A DNA stretch of 63,145 bases from an uncultured Candidatus Saccharibacteria bacterium (GCA_964425805.1 CAYRNS010000001.1:1-63145); one strand, 5' to 3'; positions 1 through 9,023 are shown, counted from the first letter of the stretch. Notes: a model not told the origin generated them from the letters alone. A program made the numbers and translations.

Positions 1-815
1 CTCACCAAGTGAACGTCCCGAAAATCATCGTCTTCTTGAACAAGATGGACCTCGCTGATCCTGAACTCGTCGAACTCGTCGAGATGGACGTCCGCGAGCT
101 CTTGAACAAGTACGGCTTTGACGGCGACAACGCCCCAATCATCAAAGGTTCCGCTACCAAGGCTCTCGAGGGTGATCCTGAGAACGAACAAGCTATCATG
201 GACCTCGTTAAGGCGATGGACGAATACTTCGACATCCCTGAACACGATCTTGACAAGCCGTTCCTCATGCCAATTGAAGACGTCTTCTCCATCAAGGGTC
301 GTGGTACTGTTGCCACCGGTCGTATCGAGCAAGGTGTCGTCAAATTGAACGACGAAGTTGAAATCGTCGGTCTCCGCGAGACTCAAAAGTCCGTCGTTAC
401 CGGTATCGAAGCTTTCCACAAGACTCTCGACCAAGGTCAAGCTGGCGACAACGCTGGTCTTCTCCTCCGTGGTATCGAACGCGAACAAATCGAACGCGGT
501 CAGGTCATCGCTAAACCTGGCACCATCACTCCGCACACCGAGTTTGAGGCACAAGTCTACATCCTCAAGAAAGAGGAAGGCGGCCGCCACACTCCGTTTG
601 CTAAGGGTTACAAGCCACAGTTCTACTTTCGCACGACTGACGTCACTGGCGAAGTCGAACTTCCTGCCGACAAAGAAATCGTCATGCCTGGCGACCAAGT
701 CACTTTCAATGTGAAACTTCTCGCCCCGGTTGCTATGAACAACAACGACCGCTTCGCTATCCGCGAGGGCGGCAAGACCGTCGGTTCTGGTGTTATTACG
801 AAAGTCATCAAGTAA
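1..815 (+). CDS. tuf: Elongation factor Tu (5'-truncated by window edge)
   Basis: [43 protein letters not shown] motifs. Confidence 0.99.
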   Translation, partial: HQVNVPKIIVFLNKMDLADPELVELVEMDVRELLNKYGFDGDNAPIIKGSATKALEGDPENEQAIMDLVKAMDEYFDIPEHDLDKPFLMPIEDVFSIKGRGTVATGRIEQGVVKLNDEVEIVGLRETQKSVVTGIEAFHKTLDQGQAGDNAGLLLRGIEREQIERGQVIAKPGTITPHTEFEAQVYILKKEEGGRHTPFAKGYKPQFYFRTTDVTGEVELPADKEIVMPGDQVTFNVKLLAPVAMNNNDRFAIREGGKTVGSGVITKVIK

Positions 816-830
816 TAAGCCAATCACAAA

Positions 831-860
831 AAAATAACCCCCGAAAAGGGGGTTATTTTT
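831..860 (+). terminator. Intrinsic terminator after tuf
   Basis: AAAATAACCCCC-GAAAA-GGGGGTTATTTT(T) hairpin with T tract. Confidence 0.9.
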
Positions 861-897
861 ATATCAAGGAGCGCAATCGTTGTGCTATAATATCCGT

Positions 898-1851
898 ATG
901 GAACTAAAGACAAGCCGCCCAAGATTTTTTAACGAGTTGAAGTTTTCGGACGATACCGTCGTTAAAGCCAGCGTCGACATCGAAAAAATTCGCAGCGAAT
1001 ACACTTTCTCCAAAATAGCTCCGCAAGAATTAAAACAGTACCTCGTCGAACCCCATGATTTTAAAATAGAAAACAACCGAGCGAGTTATTCTTTAGCGCG
1101 CATTTCTTCACCCGATCTATCTATCCCTTTTACTGACGGAACATTATCACTAGAGGACTTTCAGGCGCTTCTTGACCTCTGCTTTGAGTATTTTAAAAAA
1201 CGCCCGACAAAGAGCGTTCCGCACGCCGATTGGCAAAAGGTTAGTGATATGCTCTATGCTAAGAAAGTAAAACAACGCGCAGCGGCTTTCGCCAAAACTA
1301 GCATTGCCAGCCAAGTCGACTCCTTGGTCCGCGCCGGCACTAGGTTCTCTTCACTAGACGGAGTCAGCGATTTTTACAAGATGCTCTTCTCAAAAATCAC
1401 CACACGTCGAACAGGTGAAAACGTGCTCGCAGCATCACATGGCGACTTCTGCCTCTCCAATATGTTTATCGTCGACGGCAAACTTAAACTCATTGATCCT
1501 AGAGGAGCCTTGTCCGAAGCTGAGCTTTTCCTCGATCCATATTATGACCTCGCCAAACTCTCGCACTCAATTTTGGGTATGTATGATTTTTTCAACACTA
1601 AGCAATATTCCATAAACCTTGATGACCAGCTTCGCTTCCACCTTTCTTTCCACAATCCACCAAAGCCCATCTTCGCAAAGATTTTCATGGCAAAACTTGC
1701 GGAGAATAGTTACGACTACCTCCTCGTCCGTCTATATGAAGCCAGTCTGTTCTTGTCGATGCTCCCGCTGCATATTGACGATCCGCATAAAACATTTGCC
1801 TTTGTCCTAAACGCAATCAATATCTTAGAAGAGGTTTCCTATGCAATCTAG
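898..1851 (+). CDS. APH/choline-kinase-fold sugar kinase, capsule-biosynthesis (BcbE/EcbE C-terminal-like)
   Basis: HGDFCLSN, LIDPRG, YDLAKLSHS kinase motifs; ATG 898 lies 6 nt after TGCTATAAT. Confidence 0.7.
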   Translation: MELKTSRPRFFNELKFSDDTVVKASVDIEKIRSEYTFSKIAPQELKQYLVEPHDFKIENNRASYSLARISSPDLSIPFTDGTLSLEDFQALLDLCFEYFKKRPTKSVPHADWQKVSDMLYAKKVKQRAAAFAKTSIASQVDSLVRAGTRFSSLDGVSDFYKMLFSKITTRRTGENVLAASHGDFCLSNMFIVDGKLKLIDPRGALSEAELFLDPYYDLAKLSHSILGMYDFFNTKQYSINLDDQLRFHLSFHNPPKPIFAKIFMAKLAENSYDYLLVRLYEASLFLSMLPLHIDDPHKTFAFVLNAINILEEVSYAI

Positions 1852-2266
1852 CAATAAGCTTCCGCCAGACTTCACAATCGTCGTCGACGTCGATGGCACA
1901 CTTTGTCCAATCAAGCAAGACGGCGAAAGCTACGCCGACTTAGCTCCAAACACTGCCATCGTCTCTCAACTCAAGGCATACAAACACGCCGGCGCAAAAA
2001 TTGTTTTATATACTTCGCGTGGCATGCGTACCTATCAAGGCAATCTTGAGCTTATTCGCGAAAATATTCTCCCAACTTTATCAGCATGGCTAAAGGAGCA
2101 CGATGTGCCTTTTGATGACATCCAGCTCGGTAAGCCCTGGCCAGGAGCGAACGGCTTTTTCATTGACGATCGCGCCGTTCGACCAAACGAATTCGCCAAC
2201 AAGAGTGCCGAAGAGCTTCTTGAACTGACTCAAAATAGCTCTTTTAGGGTAGGAGATAACTTGTGA
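1841..2266 (+). CDS. HAD-family capsule biosynthesis phosphatase (EcbF/BcbF-like)
   Basis: DVDGTLC, YTSRGM, GKPWPG, FIDDRAVRP motifs; 141 aa. Confidence 0.8.
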   Translation: MQSSNKLPPDFTIVVDVDGTLCPIKQDGESYADLAPNTAIVSQLKAYKHAGAKIVLYTSRGMRTYQGNLELIRENILPTLSAWLKEHDVPFDDIQLGKPWPGANGFFIDDRAVRPNEFANKSAEELLELTQNSSFRVGDNL

Positions 2267-2985
2267 ACATAATAATCACTATGGCTGGCTCTGGGGAACG
2301 GTTCAAAAACGCCGGCTATCACCAGCCAAAATACGCTATCACCGCACACGGTAAAACCCTATTTGACTGGTCTCTCCTTAGTCTTTCTGCTCTTACTAAT
2401 TCCGCGTGCCATCAAGTCCTTTTCGTTGTCAAGAGAACAGACCAAACCAAAGCGTTTATCGAAGCCCACGCCAAGGCGATCGGCATTAAAAATTTTCAAG
2501 TTCTCGAGCTAGATACGGGAACCGACGGTCAGGCTACGACCGCAATTAAGACTAAACCCCTAATTGACTCAACAGAGCCACTTCTCATTTTCAACATCGA
2601 CACTTTCATTGAACCGGGTCTCATCACGGAAGCTAGCTTCACTGGTGACGGAACCATCCCTTGCTTCTCCGCCGAGGGAGAACATTGGTCTTTTGTCAAA
2701 CTCGCTCAAGACGGTTACGCCGTAGAAGTCGCCGAGAAAAAACGCATCTCCGACCACTGTTCGGTTGGATTATACTTTTTCCGTTCTTTTACATTGTTCG
2801 AATCCGCCTACACCTCCGCGCGCCACCTTTCTGGCGAACGTTACGTCGCTCCTCTCTATAACGAGTTAATTAAAACTGGCGCCAAAATCAACATTATTAC
2901 GCTCCCAAAGGACAAAGTCCACGTTCTCGGCACTCCTGAAGAACTTGCGGTCTTTACCTCCGCCCCAGCTCCCGTTTTACCATGA
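2263..2985 (+). CDS. Sugar-phosphate nucleotidyltransferase (GT-A fold)
   Basis: MAGSGERF..GY..PKY, GQATT, EKKRISD, LGTPEEL. Confidence 0.8.
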   Translation: MNIIITMAGSGERFKNAGYHQPKYAITAHGKTLFDWSLLSLSALTNSACHQVLFVVKRTDQTKAFIEAHAKAIGIKNFQVLELDTGTDGQATTAIKTKPLIDSTEPLLIFNIDTFIEPGLITEASFTGDGTIPCFSAEGEHWSFVKLAQDGYAVEVAEKKRISDHCSVGLYFFRSFTLFESAYTSARHLSGERYVAPLYNELIKTGAKINIITLPKDKVHVLGTPEELAVFTSAPAPVLP

Positions 2986-3652
2986 AGCTCCCCTCCGCAA
3001 GGTCACGAGACATCCTCAGCTTAGTCTTGAGTCCACGGTTCCACGATGATTCGCCGCCACTTCGTGCGCTTAACCTGACGGGTAGATGAACAACCCTATA
3101 ATGACTTTTTTGCGCTAGAGCGTAAGCATAAATATCAATCGAAAAATCATTAGGGAATCGTTCAAGCTTGCTAAACATCGATCGTGGACCAATCGTCACT
3201 CCGGACATCACTTCTTTCATTTTTCGGCCAAACACTATCGTGTCAAACACGCCCATCCAAAAGCTAAAACACCGGTCTAATTTTGTCCTGCCGTATCGCT
3301 GTGCTTTCAGAAAAACATTTCCACCGCCGACCGCCAAAACGTAATCAAAAAACTTTGCCAGCTCCGCCGAATCATACTGCAAATCAGCATGCATCCAACC
3401 GACATAGTTGCCTCGCGCAATCGTCAACCCAGCCTTGATTCCATAGCCATAACCGCGGTTTTGATCGACAAAAACTTTCCGCACTCGCTTATCATTTATG
3501 CCTGCGAATATTTCTCGCGAATTATCAGTCGAACCGTTTTCAACCAAAATAAATTCCACATTATATTTTTCCGGAAATTGCCTAAGCTTCGCAGCCAGCT
3601 TGGTAAGATTTTTAGCTTCATTATAGCAAGGGAAAATTATAGAAAACTTCAT
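2954..3652 (-). CDS. Glycosyltransferase family 2 (polyprenol-phosphate sugar synthase, GtrB/DPM1-like)
   Basis: IIFPCYNE, ENGSTD, NRGYG, HADLQY, R..GESSW; ATG overlaps upstream stop (TAATG). Confidence 0.85.
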   Translation of the reverse strand: MKFSIIFPCYNEAKNLTKLAAKLRQFPEKYNVEFILVENGSTDNSREIFAGINDKRVRKVFVDQNRGYGYGIKAGLTIARGNYVGWMHADLQYDSAELAKFFDYVLAVGGGNVFLKAQRYGRTKLDRCFSFWMGVFDTIVFGRKMKEVMSGVTIGPRSMFSKLERFPNDFSIDIYAYALAQKSHYRVVHLPVRLSARSGGESSWNRGLKTKLRMSRDLAEGSFMVKRELGRR

Positions 3653-5112
3653 TATTCTTCCTCCGCAAACCGTGACCACGCGTCTTTTATTGCTGGACGC
3701 TCTTGTGCCGAAACGCACTCGTGGTTTTCACAAAATTCTTCCCGCACTGGCACTTTCAAAAACCATCGACCCTCCCAACCATTCCAGTCTGGCGAAATCA
3801 CGACCACGGCATACGAGTCGCTACTACTATCGACGAACGACTCAACGTCGTGCAGCGACTGGTTTGGCATAAAACACAGGCTACTGCTCCAGCTCCCTAG
3901 ACTGTATATCCCTCCTAAAAAGACCAAGCCAACTAAAGTTAGAAATCTCAGCTCGCTCCTTGTCAATGCTCTACCACGAAAAACAACTTTCCGTCTGCGA
4001 GCTAGCCGCGGGACGAATTTCCGCATCGTACTATAAATCACCAAGAATCCTATCGCTGCTGCCGCACAATGATAAAAAGTAACGCTATCAGTAATCAAAG
4101 TAAGCGGGTTTTCGAGTTTTATGCTTATCATAAAGTAAAGTGCAACAATGCTAAGCATGGCAAGATAAAAATAGCGCAAACCATCTACCTTTTTAGCGAA
4201 ATATGCAGTAACGCCGTATAATAACCCACCGATAATTATCATCGCAATCGTGAAAAAAGAACCAGCATTCGTACCGACAAAAATTTGCCGGTAGACATAT
4301 CCTCCGACACTAAATGCCCCACTCGCTAACGCTAACCCCACGGAACTTAACACTTTATTAATAACCCCCACAACGCCCAGATTTGCTGATTGTAACACTT
4401 GTTCGCCCTCGGCATATAAGGAAACGGTCTCTCCGCGCATAAACAACACGACGATACCTTGGATTAAAAAGACAATTGCCGGCAAGATAAACTGCACTGG
4501 GAATTTCTTATGCCGAAAAATATAGTATATAGCTCCAAACCCTACGATAAACGCCGACGGTGACGATAAAATTGAAAGAGTCATCAAGAAAATGATTTTC
4601 CAACTCGGAATTTTCCCCTCAACCAGCTCAATTGCTACCAAAAATGCTAAAATTCCGCACCACCAATGAATACCAACCGAATTAAATAACAATCCTACAA
4701 AATTGTTAATCAATATTATCAGAAGAATTCCGGCTATCAGCCTCCACTTTCGTCCGTTGATAAACTTCTCAAAGCAATCGGAGGCTAGATAGGTCATTAC
4801 CGCCGCAACAAACATCATGGATAAAATTTCTTTTACCGCTCCCGCAACAACCATACTATTCGTCAACATCATTGCCGTATAAGCCCCGCCGCCAATTAGT
4901 CGCGAGAGCAACGTTAAATATCCGCCATACATTGTCACTAGAGAACTAATTCCGTTCTCGATAAAACCATTAAAGAATATCGTCCCGTCTTCCGCATAAA
5001 AGAAAATCTCGCGAAAAACCGTTGGACAAAGCAGTAGCTGCACCAGACAAAAGTACACAAAACAGCTCAACTCCCAGTGTTTGACCAAGAATTGCTTGAG
5101 CTTTTTGTCCAT
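3652..5112 (-). CDS. Multi-pass membrane protein, probable GT-C glycosyltransferase
   Basis: About 11-13 hydrophobic segments; FYAEDG..FF acidic motif after TM1; translationally coupled to the GT2. Confidence 0.55.
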   Translation of the reverse strand: MDKKLKQFLVKHWELSCFVYFCLVQLLLCPTVFREIFFYAEDGTIFFNGFIENGISSLVTMYGGYLTLLSRLIGGGAYTAMMLTNSMVVAGAVKEILSMMFVAAVMTYLASDCFEKFINGRKWRLIAGILLIILINNFVGLLFNSVGIHWWCGILAFLVAIELVEGKIPSWKIIFLMTLSILSSPSAFIVGFGAIYYIFRHKKFPVQFILPAIVFLIQGIVVLFMRGETVSLYAEGEQVLQSANLGVVGVINKVLSSVGLALASGAFSVGGYVYRQIFVGTNAGSFFTIAMIIIGGLLYGVTAYFAKKVDGLRYFYLAMLSIVALYFMISIKLENPLTLITDSVTFYHCAAAAIGFLVIYSTMRKFVPRLARRRKVVFRGRALTRSELRFLTLVGLVFLGGIYSLGSWSSSLCFMPNQSLHDVESFVDSSSDSYAVVVISPDWNGWEGRWFLKVPVREEFCENHECVSAQERPAIKDAWSRFAEEE

Positions 5113-5193
5113 GATTAAAGTCTACCATACTTAATGTCTAAAACACAAGTAAAGATTTTAAGGAGGAATAAACTTTTAAACCAAAAAAATCTA

Positions 5194-5222
5194 TTGCAAA
5201 AACACAAGCAACTTGTTATTAT
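5194..5222 (+). promoter_or_regulatory. Sigma70-like promoter for pilin
   Basis: TTGCAA-17 nt-TATTAT with TGn extension; AGAAAGGA SD-like sequence at 5242-5249. Confidence 0.55.
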
Positions 5223-5261
5223 TAAAACAAGCATAATTTTTAGAAAGGATAAAAAACCGAC

Positions 5262-5768
5262 ATGAATATCAAATCTAAGAAGGGTTTCACCATCATCGAG
5301 GTCGTGCTTGTGCTCGCCATCGCCGGCCTTATCTTCCTCATGGTCTTCATTGCGCTTCCGGCAATGCAGCGCAGTCAGCGTGATACTCAGCGCCGTCAGG
5401 ACTACTCCGCGCTCAGCTCCGCCATCACGAGCTACATCACGAATAACAACGGTAACTTGCCGAAAGTCAGCGCTTCGCTTCTCGGTAGCAAGTACATCAA
5501 TGCCACCGGTAAAGACCCGAATGGTCTCGACTACGTAATTAGAGTTGTTGAAGCTCCGAGTAGTGCCTCTGGCGTTGCCGCCTATAAGGATCTCGCAATT
5601 ATCCCCGACAACCACACTGCCTCCCAAGTTTATGTCGTTCGCAAAGCTGAATGTAGCACAAACAACAACGGCGACCCGTATCCAAAGTACGTCAACTCCA
5701 CCCGCGCCTTCGCCATCTTTGGCAACCTCGAGTCTGGTAACGGTACTTACTGCTCTGCCTCTCAATAG
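5262..5768 (+). CDS. Type IV pilin (complete prepilin)
   Basis: Class III signal KKG|FTIIEVVLVLAIAGLIFLMVFIALP, Glu+5, two C-terminal Cys. Confidence 0.95.
   Translation: MNIKSKKGFTIIEVVLVLAIAGLIFLMVFIALPAMQRSQRDTQRRQDYSALSSAITSYITNNNGNLPKVSASLLGSKYINATGKDPNGLDYVIRVVEAPSSASGVAAYKDLAIIPDNHTASQVYVVRKAECSTNNNGDPYPKYVNSTRAFAIFGNLESGNGTYCSASQ
5350..5371 (+). repeat. Inverted repeat copy 1 (candidate recombination site)
   Basis: TTGCGCTTCCGGCAATGCAGCG; in context CATTGC-GCTTCCG-GCAATG (6-7-6 dyad, 5348-5366). Confidence 0.9.
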
Positions 5769-5790
5769 TCCTTTCGCTTCTTCTCAACTG

Positions 5791-5834
5791 CGAGAAAACT
5801 CTCCCCAAGCACGATGGGGAGAGTTTTATTCTCG
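5791..5834. terminator. Bidirectional terminator between the convergent pilins
   Basis: AAAACTCTCCCCA-loop-TGGGGAGAGTTTT. Confidence 0.85.
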
Positions 5835-5854
5835 TAGTTTTAAGAAAGGATGCT

Positions 5855-6324
5855 CTAGCTAGAAGCGGCGAAATAAGTCCCGTTCTCGAGCTGACCATAG
5901 ATAACAAAGTTGCGGGTGCCGCTCACTTTTACCGGCTTTGCCTCACCCGTGGCAGCGTCCTCGCCGCTACGGTCAGCACTACGAATTACATAAACTTTAC
6001 TGTTACTATTCGTATCGGTTTGACTAATGCTCGGAGCCGTCCAGCCAGTATCAGTAGCATATTGAATCGTTAGGAGATAATTATTGCCCGACGGATCGTC
6101 AGACAGCCCGTTTCCGTCGTTGTCTTGCGAGTTGATATATCGCAAGGTATTACTACAGACGCCATCGCCAGCTGAGATTTGTCCACTTTCTTCCGTAGTC
6201 TCGCATTTTGCCGGAAAACGACCATTGTTGTTTGTCATATAGTTCGTAATCGCAGTCGAAAGAGCCGAATAATCATTTCGGCGCTGTGTATCATGTTGGT
6301 TTCGCTGCATTGCCGGAAGCGCAA
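5855..6324 (-). other. Silent, N-terminally truncated type IV pilin cassette
   Basis: ALPAMQRNQHDTQRRNDYSALSTAITNYMTNNNG...FVIYGQLENGTY is paralogous to the 5262 pilin; homology starts exactly at the repeat; no prepilin leader or hydrophobic helix. Confidence 0.9.
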
Positions 6325-7031
6325 CTAACCGCCTCAAGTATCAACCGATCGTCGTTCGGAAATACATGGCTATACCGCCTCAAAAGCGTTGTCTGCGTAT
6401 CTCCCGAAACCTGCGCCACCACCGGCAGCGGCACTCTGCCCCGAATCAAATTCGACACAAACGTATGCCGAAAATCATTCTTTGTCGTCTTCACCATTTT
6501 AAATTCATAAAGATACGACTTGTCGACTCGCACTTTCGTCACCCCACCCAAATTCAGAAAATCCTCCCGCGTCAGCGCCAGCGCTTCGCCAATCCGCATC
6601 CCCGTGTAATACAAAAGCGTCAACAAAAATCGATATTCTCGCCGCTGCGTCCGCGCTATAATCTTCAGAAAATGCTCACGGGGAATCACTTGCGCCCTGC
6701 TCTGGCTCGCAATCCTCAAATTATCCGTCTCGACAAGAACGTTTCGCCGAATCAGCCGCTTCTTAAACGCCAGGTTCACAAACTTTCTCAGCGTCGCGTT
6801 TAAGTCGCAAACTGTCTCCGCCGTATAGCCAGACATCTTAATCCGCTTCAGCACTCGCCCATATTCCGCCGCCGAAAAATGTCGCAAATCCGTCGTCGGC
6901 GACATAAACTTCGCCAGCATCTTCATGGTTGTTTCCGTATTGCGAACCGTTTTCGGCGAAAAGCCGCACACCTCCGCTTTCTCTCGCCACAGCGCCATCG
7001 CTGTCAAAAAAGTTGTCTTTTTGTAGAACAT
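6291..7031 (-). CDS. Tyrosine recombinase/integrase (possibly internally deleted)
   Basis: N-terminal core-binding region, LLYYTGMRIGEALAL, FRHTF, VAQVSGD....LRRYSH (catalytic Tyr). Confidence 0.85.
   Translation of the reverse strand: MFYKKTTFLTAMALWREKAEVCGFSPKTVRNTETTMKMLAKFMSPTTDLRHFSAAEYGRVLKRIKMSGYTAETVCDLNATLRKFVNLAFKKRLIRRNVLVETDNLRIASQSRAQVIPREHFLKIIARTQRREYRFLLTLLYYTGMRIGEALALTREDFLNLGGVTKVRVDKSYLYEFKMVKTTKNDFRHTFVSNLIRGRVPLPVVAQVSGDTQTTLLRRYSHVFPNDDRLILEAVSCASGNAAKPT
6303..6324 (-). repeat. Inverted repeat copy 2 (candidate recombination site)
   Basis: CGCTGCATTGCCGGAAGCGCAA on + strand is the exact reverse complement of 5350-5371. Confidence 0.9.
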
Positions 7032-7068
7032 AAATAATCTCCTTTACTTTTTGGAGATTATTTTACCG

Positions 7069-7269
7069 CTATTTCGAACTTAAATGCCAATGGTCGCCAA
7101 ACTCGCATTTATAGACCGACAAACCAGCAACATGGTGGTCGTGCTCGGCAACTCGCGCCGCCACTTCCGCCTCTTCGCGGGTTTTATAACAAATCTTATG
7201 CGCCTCGCCCACCCAACATCTTTCCGGCTCAAACCCGCTCAGTCTATTTACATCAAAATGTCTACTCAT
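7069..7269 (-). CDS. Small hypothetical protein (66 aa)
   Basis: ATG after TATAAT; KICY..REEA...YKCEFGDHWHLSS looks like a real folded, possibly metal-binding, protein. Confidence 0.6.
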   Translation of the reverse strand: MSRHFDVNRLSGFEPERCWVGEAHKICYKTREEAEVAARVAEHDHHVAGLSVYKCEFGDHWHLSSK

Positions 7270-7343
7270 AAGCAGATATTATATAATATATTCCTCAGTT
7301 TATAAAGTCACTAAAATTCGCTAAAATTAAACAAAGGAGTTTC

Positions 7344-8225
7344 ATGAAATCAAAAGTTTACTTCACTAAGGAAATCACCCCTGAATCTTTAATCAAAATT
7401 TACGAAGCACTCGGCGTCGACCTCGACGGCAAAGTTGCCGTCAAAGTCTCGACCGGCGAACGCGGTGCCAAGGGCTACCTCAAGGCGGACTTAATCTCCC
7501 CGCTTGTCAAAAAGCTGAACGGCACCATCGTAGAATGTAACACCGCCTACGGCGGCGCTCGCAACTTCGCCGACGAACATCTCGCAGTCGCCAAAGAACA
7601 CGGCTTTGACTTCGCTCCAATTGACATCATGGACGCCGACGGTGACCTCAAAATCCCCGTCAAAACCGGCAAACACTTAAAATACGACCTTATCGGCAAA
7701 AACTTCGCGAACTACGACAGTATCTTGAACCTCGCTCACGGTAAAGGTCACATGATGGGCGGCTTCGGCGCCAACCTCAAGAACCAGTCCATCGGCATCG
7801 CCTCTCGAAATGGCAAGGCATACATCCACTCTTGCGGACAAACCGAAGACCCCGACGCCTGCTGGCACGCTAAATATGCGCAAATCGACTTCATCGAATC
7901 CATGGCGGAAGCCGCCAAAGCCGTCGCCGACTACTGCGCCGATAACGGCAAGAAAATTGTTTACATCACTGTTATGAACGCCATCTCCACCTCTTGCGAC
8001 TGCGATGCCAACCAAGACGACCCCGTCATGGCGGATCTCGGCATCGTCGGATCAACAGATCCCGTGGCGAACGACCAAGCTTTCCTCGACTTCGTCTGGA
8101 ATTCTGACGACCCCGGCAAGGACAAACTAATCAAACGCATCACTAGCCGCGAGGGCGAAAAAATCACCAAATACGCTGAATCTCTCGGTTTAGGTTCTAC
8201 CGAATACGACCTTGTCGAACTATAA
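7344..8225 (+). CDS. DUF362 domain (Fe-S related) protein
   Basis: VAVKVSTGE, ECNTAY, HGKGHMMGGFG, CDCD, DPVA.D; AAGGAG SD. Confidence 0.8.
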   Translation: MKSKVYFTKEITPESLIKIYEALGVDLDGKVAVKVSTGERGAKGYLKADLISPLVKKLNGTIVECNTAYGGARNFADEHLAVAKEHGFDFAPIDIMDADGDLKIPVKTGKHLKYDLIGKNFANYDSILNLAHGKGHMMGGFGANLKNQSIGIASRNGKAYIHSCGQTEDPDACWHAKYAQIDFIESMAEAAKAVADYCADNGKKIVYITVMNAISTSCDCDANQDDPVMADLGIVGSTDPVANDQAFLDFVWNSDDPGKDKLIKRITSREGEKITKYAESLGLGSTEYDLVEL

Positions 8226-8246
8226 TTCTTATAGTAAAATAGAACT

Positions 8247-9023
8247 ATGGAAAAAAGGGTGTTGGTATGTCTCGAAAACGTCGACAAGGCGTTCGGAGAT
8301 AAAAAAATTATCAAAAATCTTAGCCTCGACATCTTCGAGGGCGAATTCTTAACTCTGCTTGGTCCCTCCGGCTGCGGCAAGACCACCGTCCTCCGCCTCA
8401 TCTCCGGTCTCGAAACTGCCACGAGCGGCAAAATCATCCTCGACGGTCTCGACGTCACTAACATCCCCGCCCGCAATCGCCCCGTCAACACCATCTTCCA
8501 AAACTTCGCCCTTTTCCCGCACCTCACCGTCTGGGACAACATCGCGTTCGGGCTAAAAATGCAGAAAACACCGAAGCCAGAAATCGCCAAGCGCGTCAAA
8601 TCCGCTCTCCGCACCGTCAAGCTCACCGGCTTCGAAACCCGCTTTCCCGCCCAACTCTCCGGCGGTCAGCAACAGCGCGTTGCTATCGCTCGCGGCATCG
8701 TCATGAACCACAAAATCCTCCTCCTCGACGAATCCCTCGCTTCTCTGGATTTGAAGCTCAAAAGGGAAATGCAGACCGAACTGAAAAAACTCCAACAATC
8801 TCTCGACATGACTTTTGTCTACGTCACCCACGACCAAGACGAAGCCCTCACCATGTCCGACCGCATCGCGATTATGAACGCCGGCAAAATCGTCCAGCTC
8901 GGCACGCCCGAAGAAATCTATGCCCACCCTAAAAACGACTTCGTCAAAAGCTTCATCTCCGACATCGACCTCATCAACTTCCGCCGCACCCGCATGAAGA
9001 GGTATAAACATGATAAATCCTAG
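8247..9023 (+). CDS. potA: Spermidine/putrescine ABC transporter ATPase (short, lacks C-terminal extension)
   Basis: [34 protein letters not shown]. Confidence 0.9.
   Translation: MEKRVLVCLENVDKAFGDKKIIKNLSLDIFEGEFLTLLGPSGCGKTTVLRLISGLETATSGKIILDGLDVTNIPARNRPVNTIFQNFALFPHLTVWDNIAFGLKMQKTPKPEIAKRVKSALRTVKLTGFETRFPAQLSGGQQQRVAIARGIVMNHKILLLDESLASLDLKLKREMQTELKKLQQSLDMTFVYVTHDQDEALTMSDRIAIMNAGKIVQLGTPEEIYAHPKNDFVKSFISDIDLINFRRTRMKRYKHDKS

Noticed and set aside
5350-6324. 22-bp repeats as attL/attR of an integrated element
   Set aside because: The copies are inverted, not direct, and the recombinase lies outside the bracketed segment; the geometry gives inversion, not excision
6325-6337. TTG start making the second pilin an independent 160-aa gene
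   Set aside because: It lies inside the recombinase ORF with no SD, and the product would lack the class III signal and hydrophobic helix
6331-6338. GCCTCAAG beside the pilin repeat matching the twin terminator stems
   Set aside because: Only 8 bp and within coding sequence; compatible with chance
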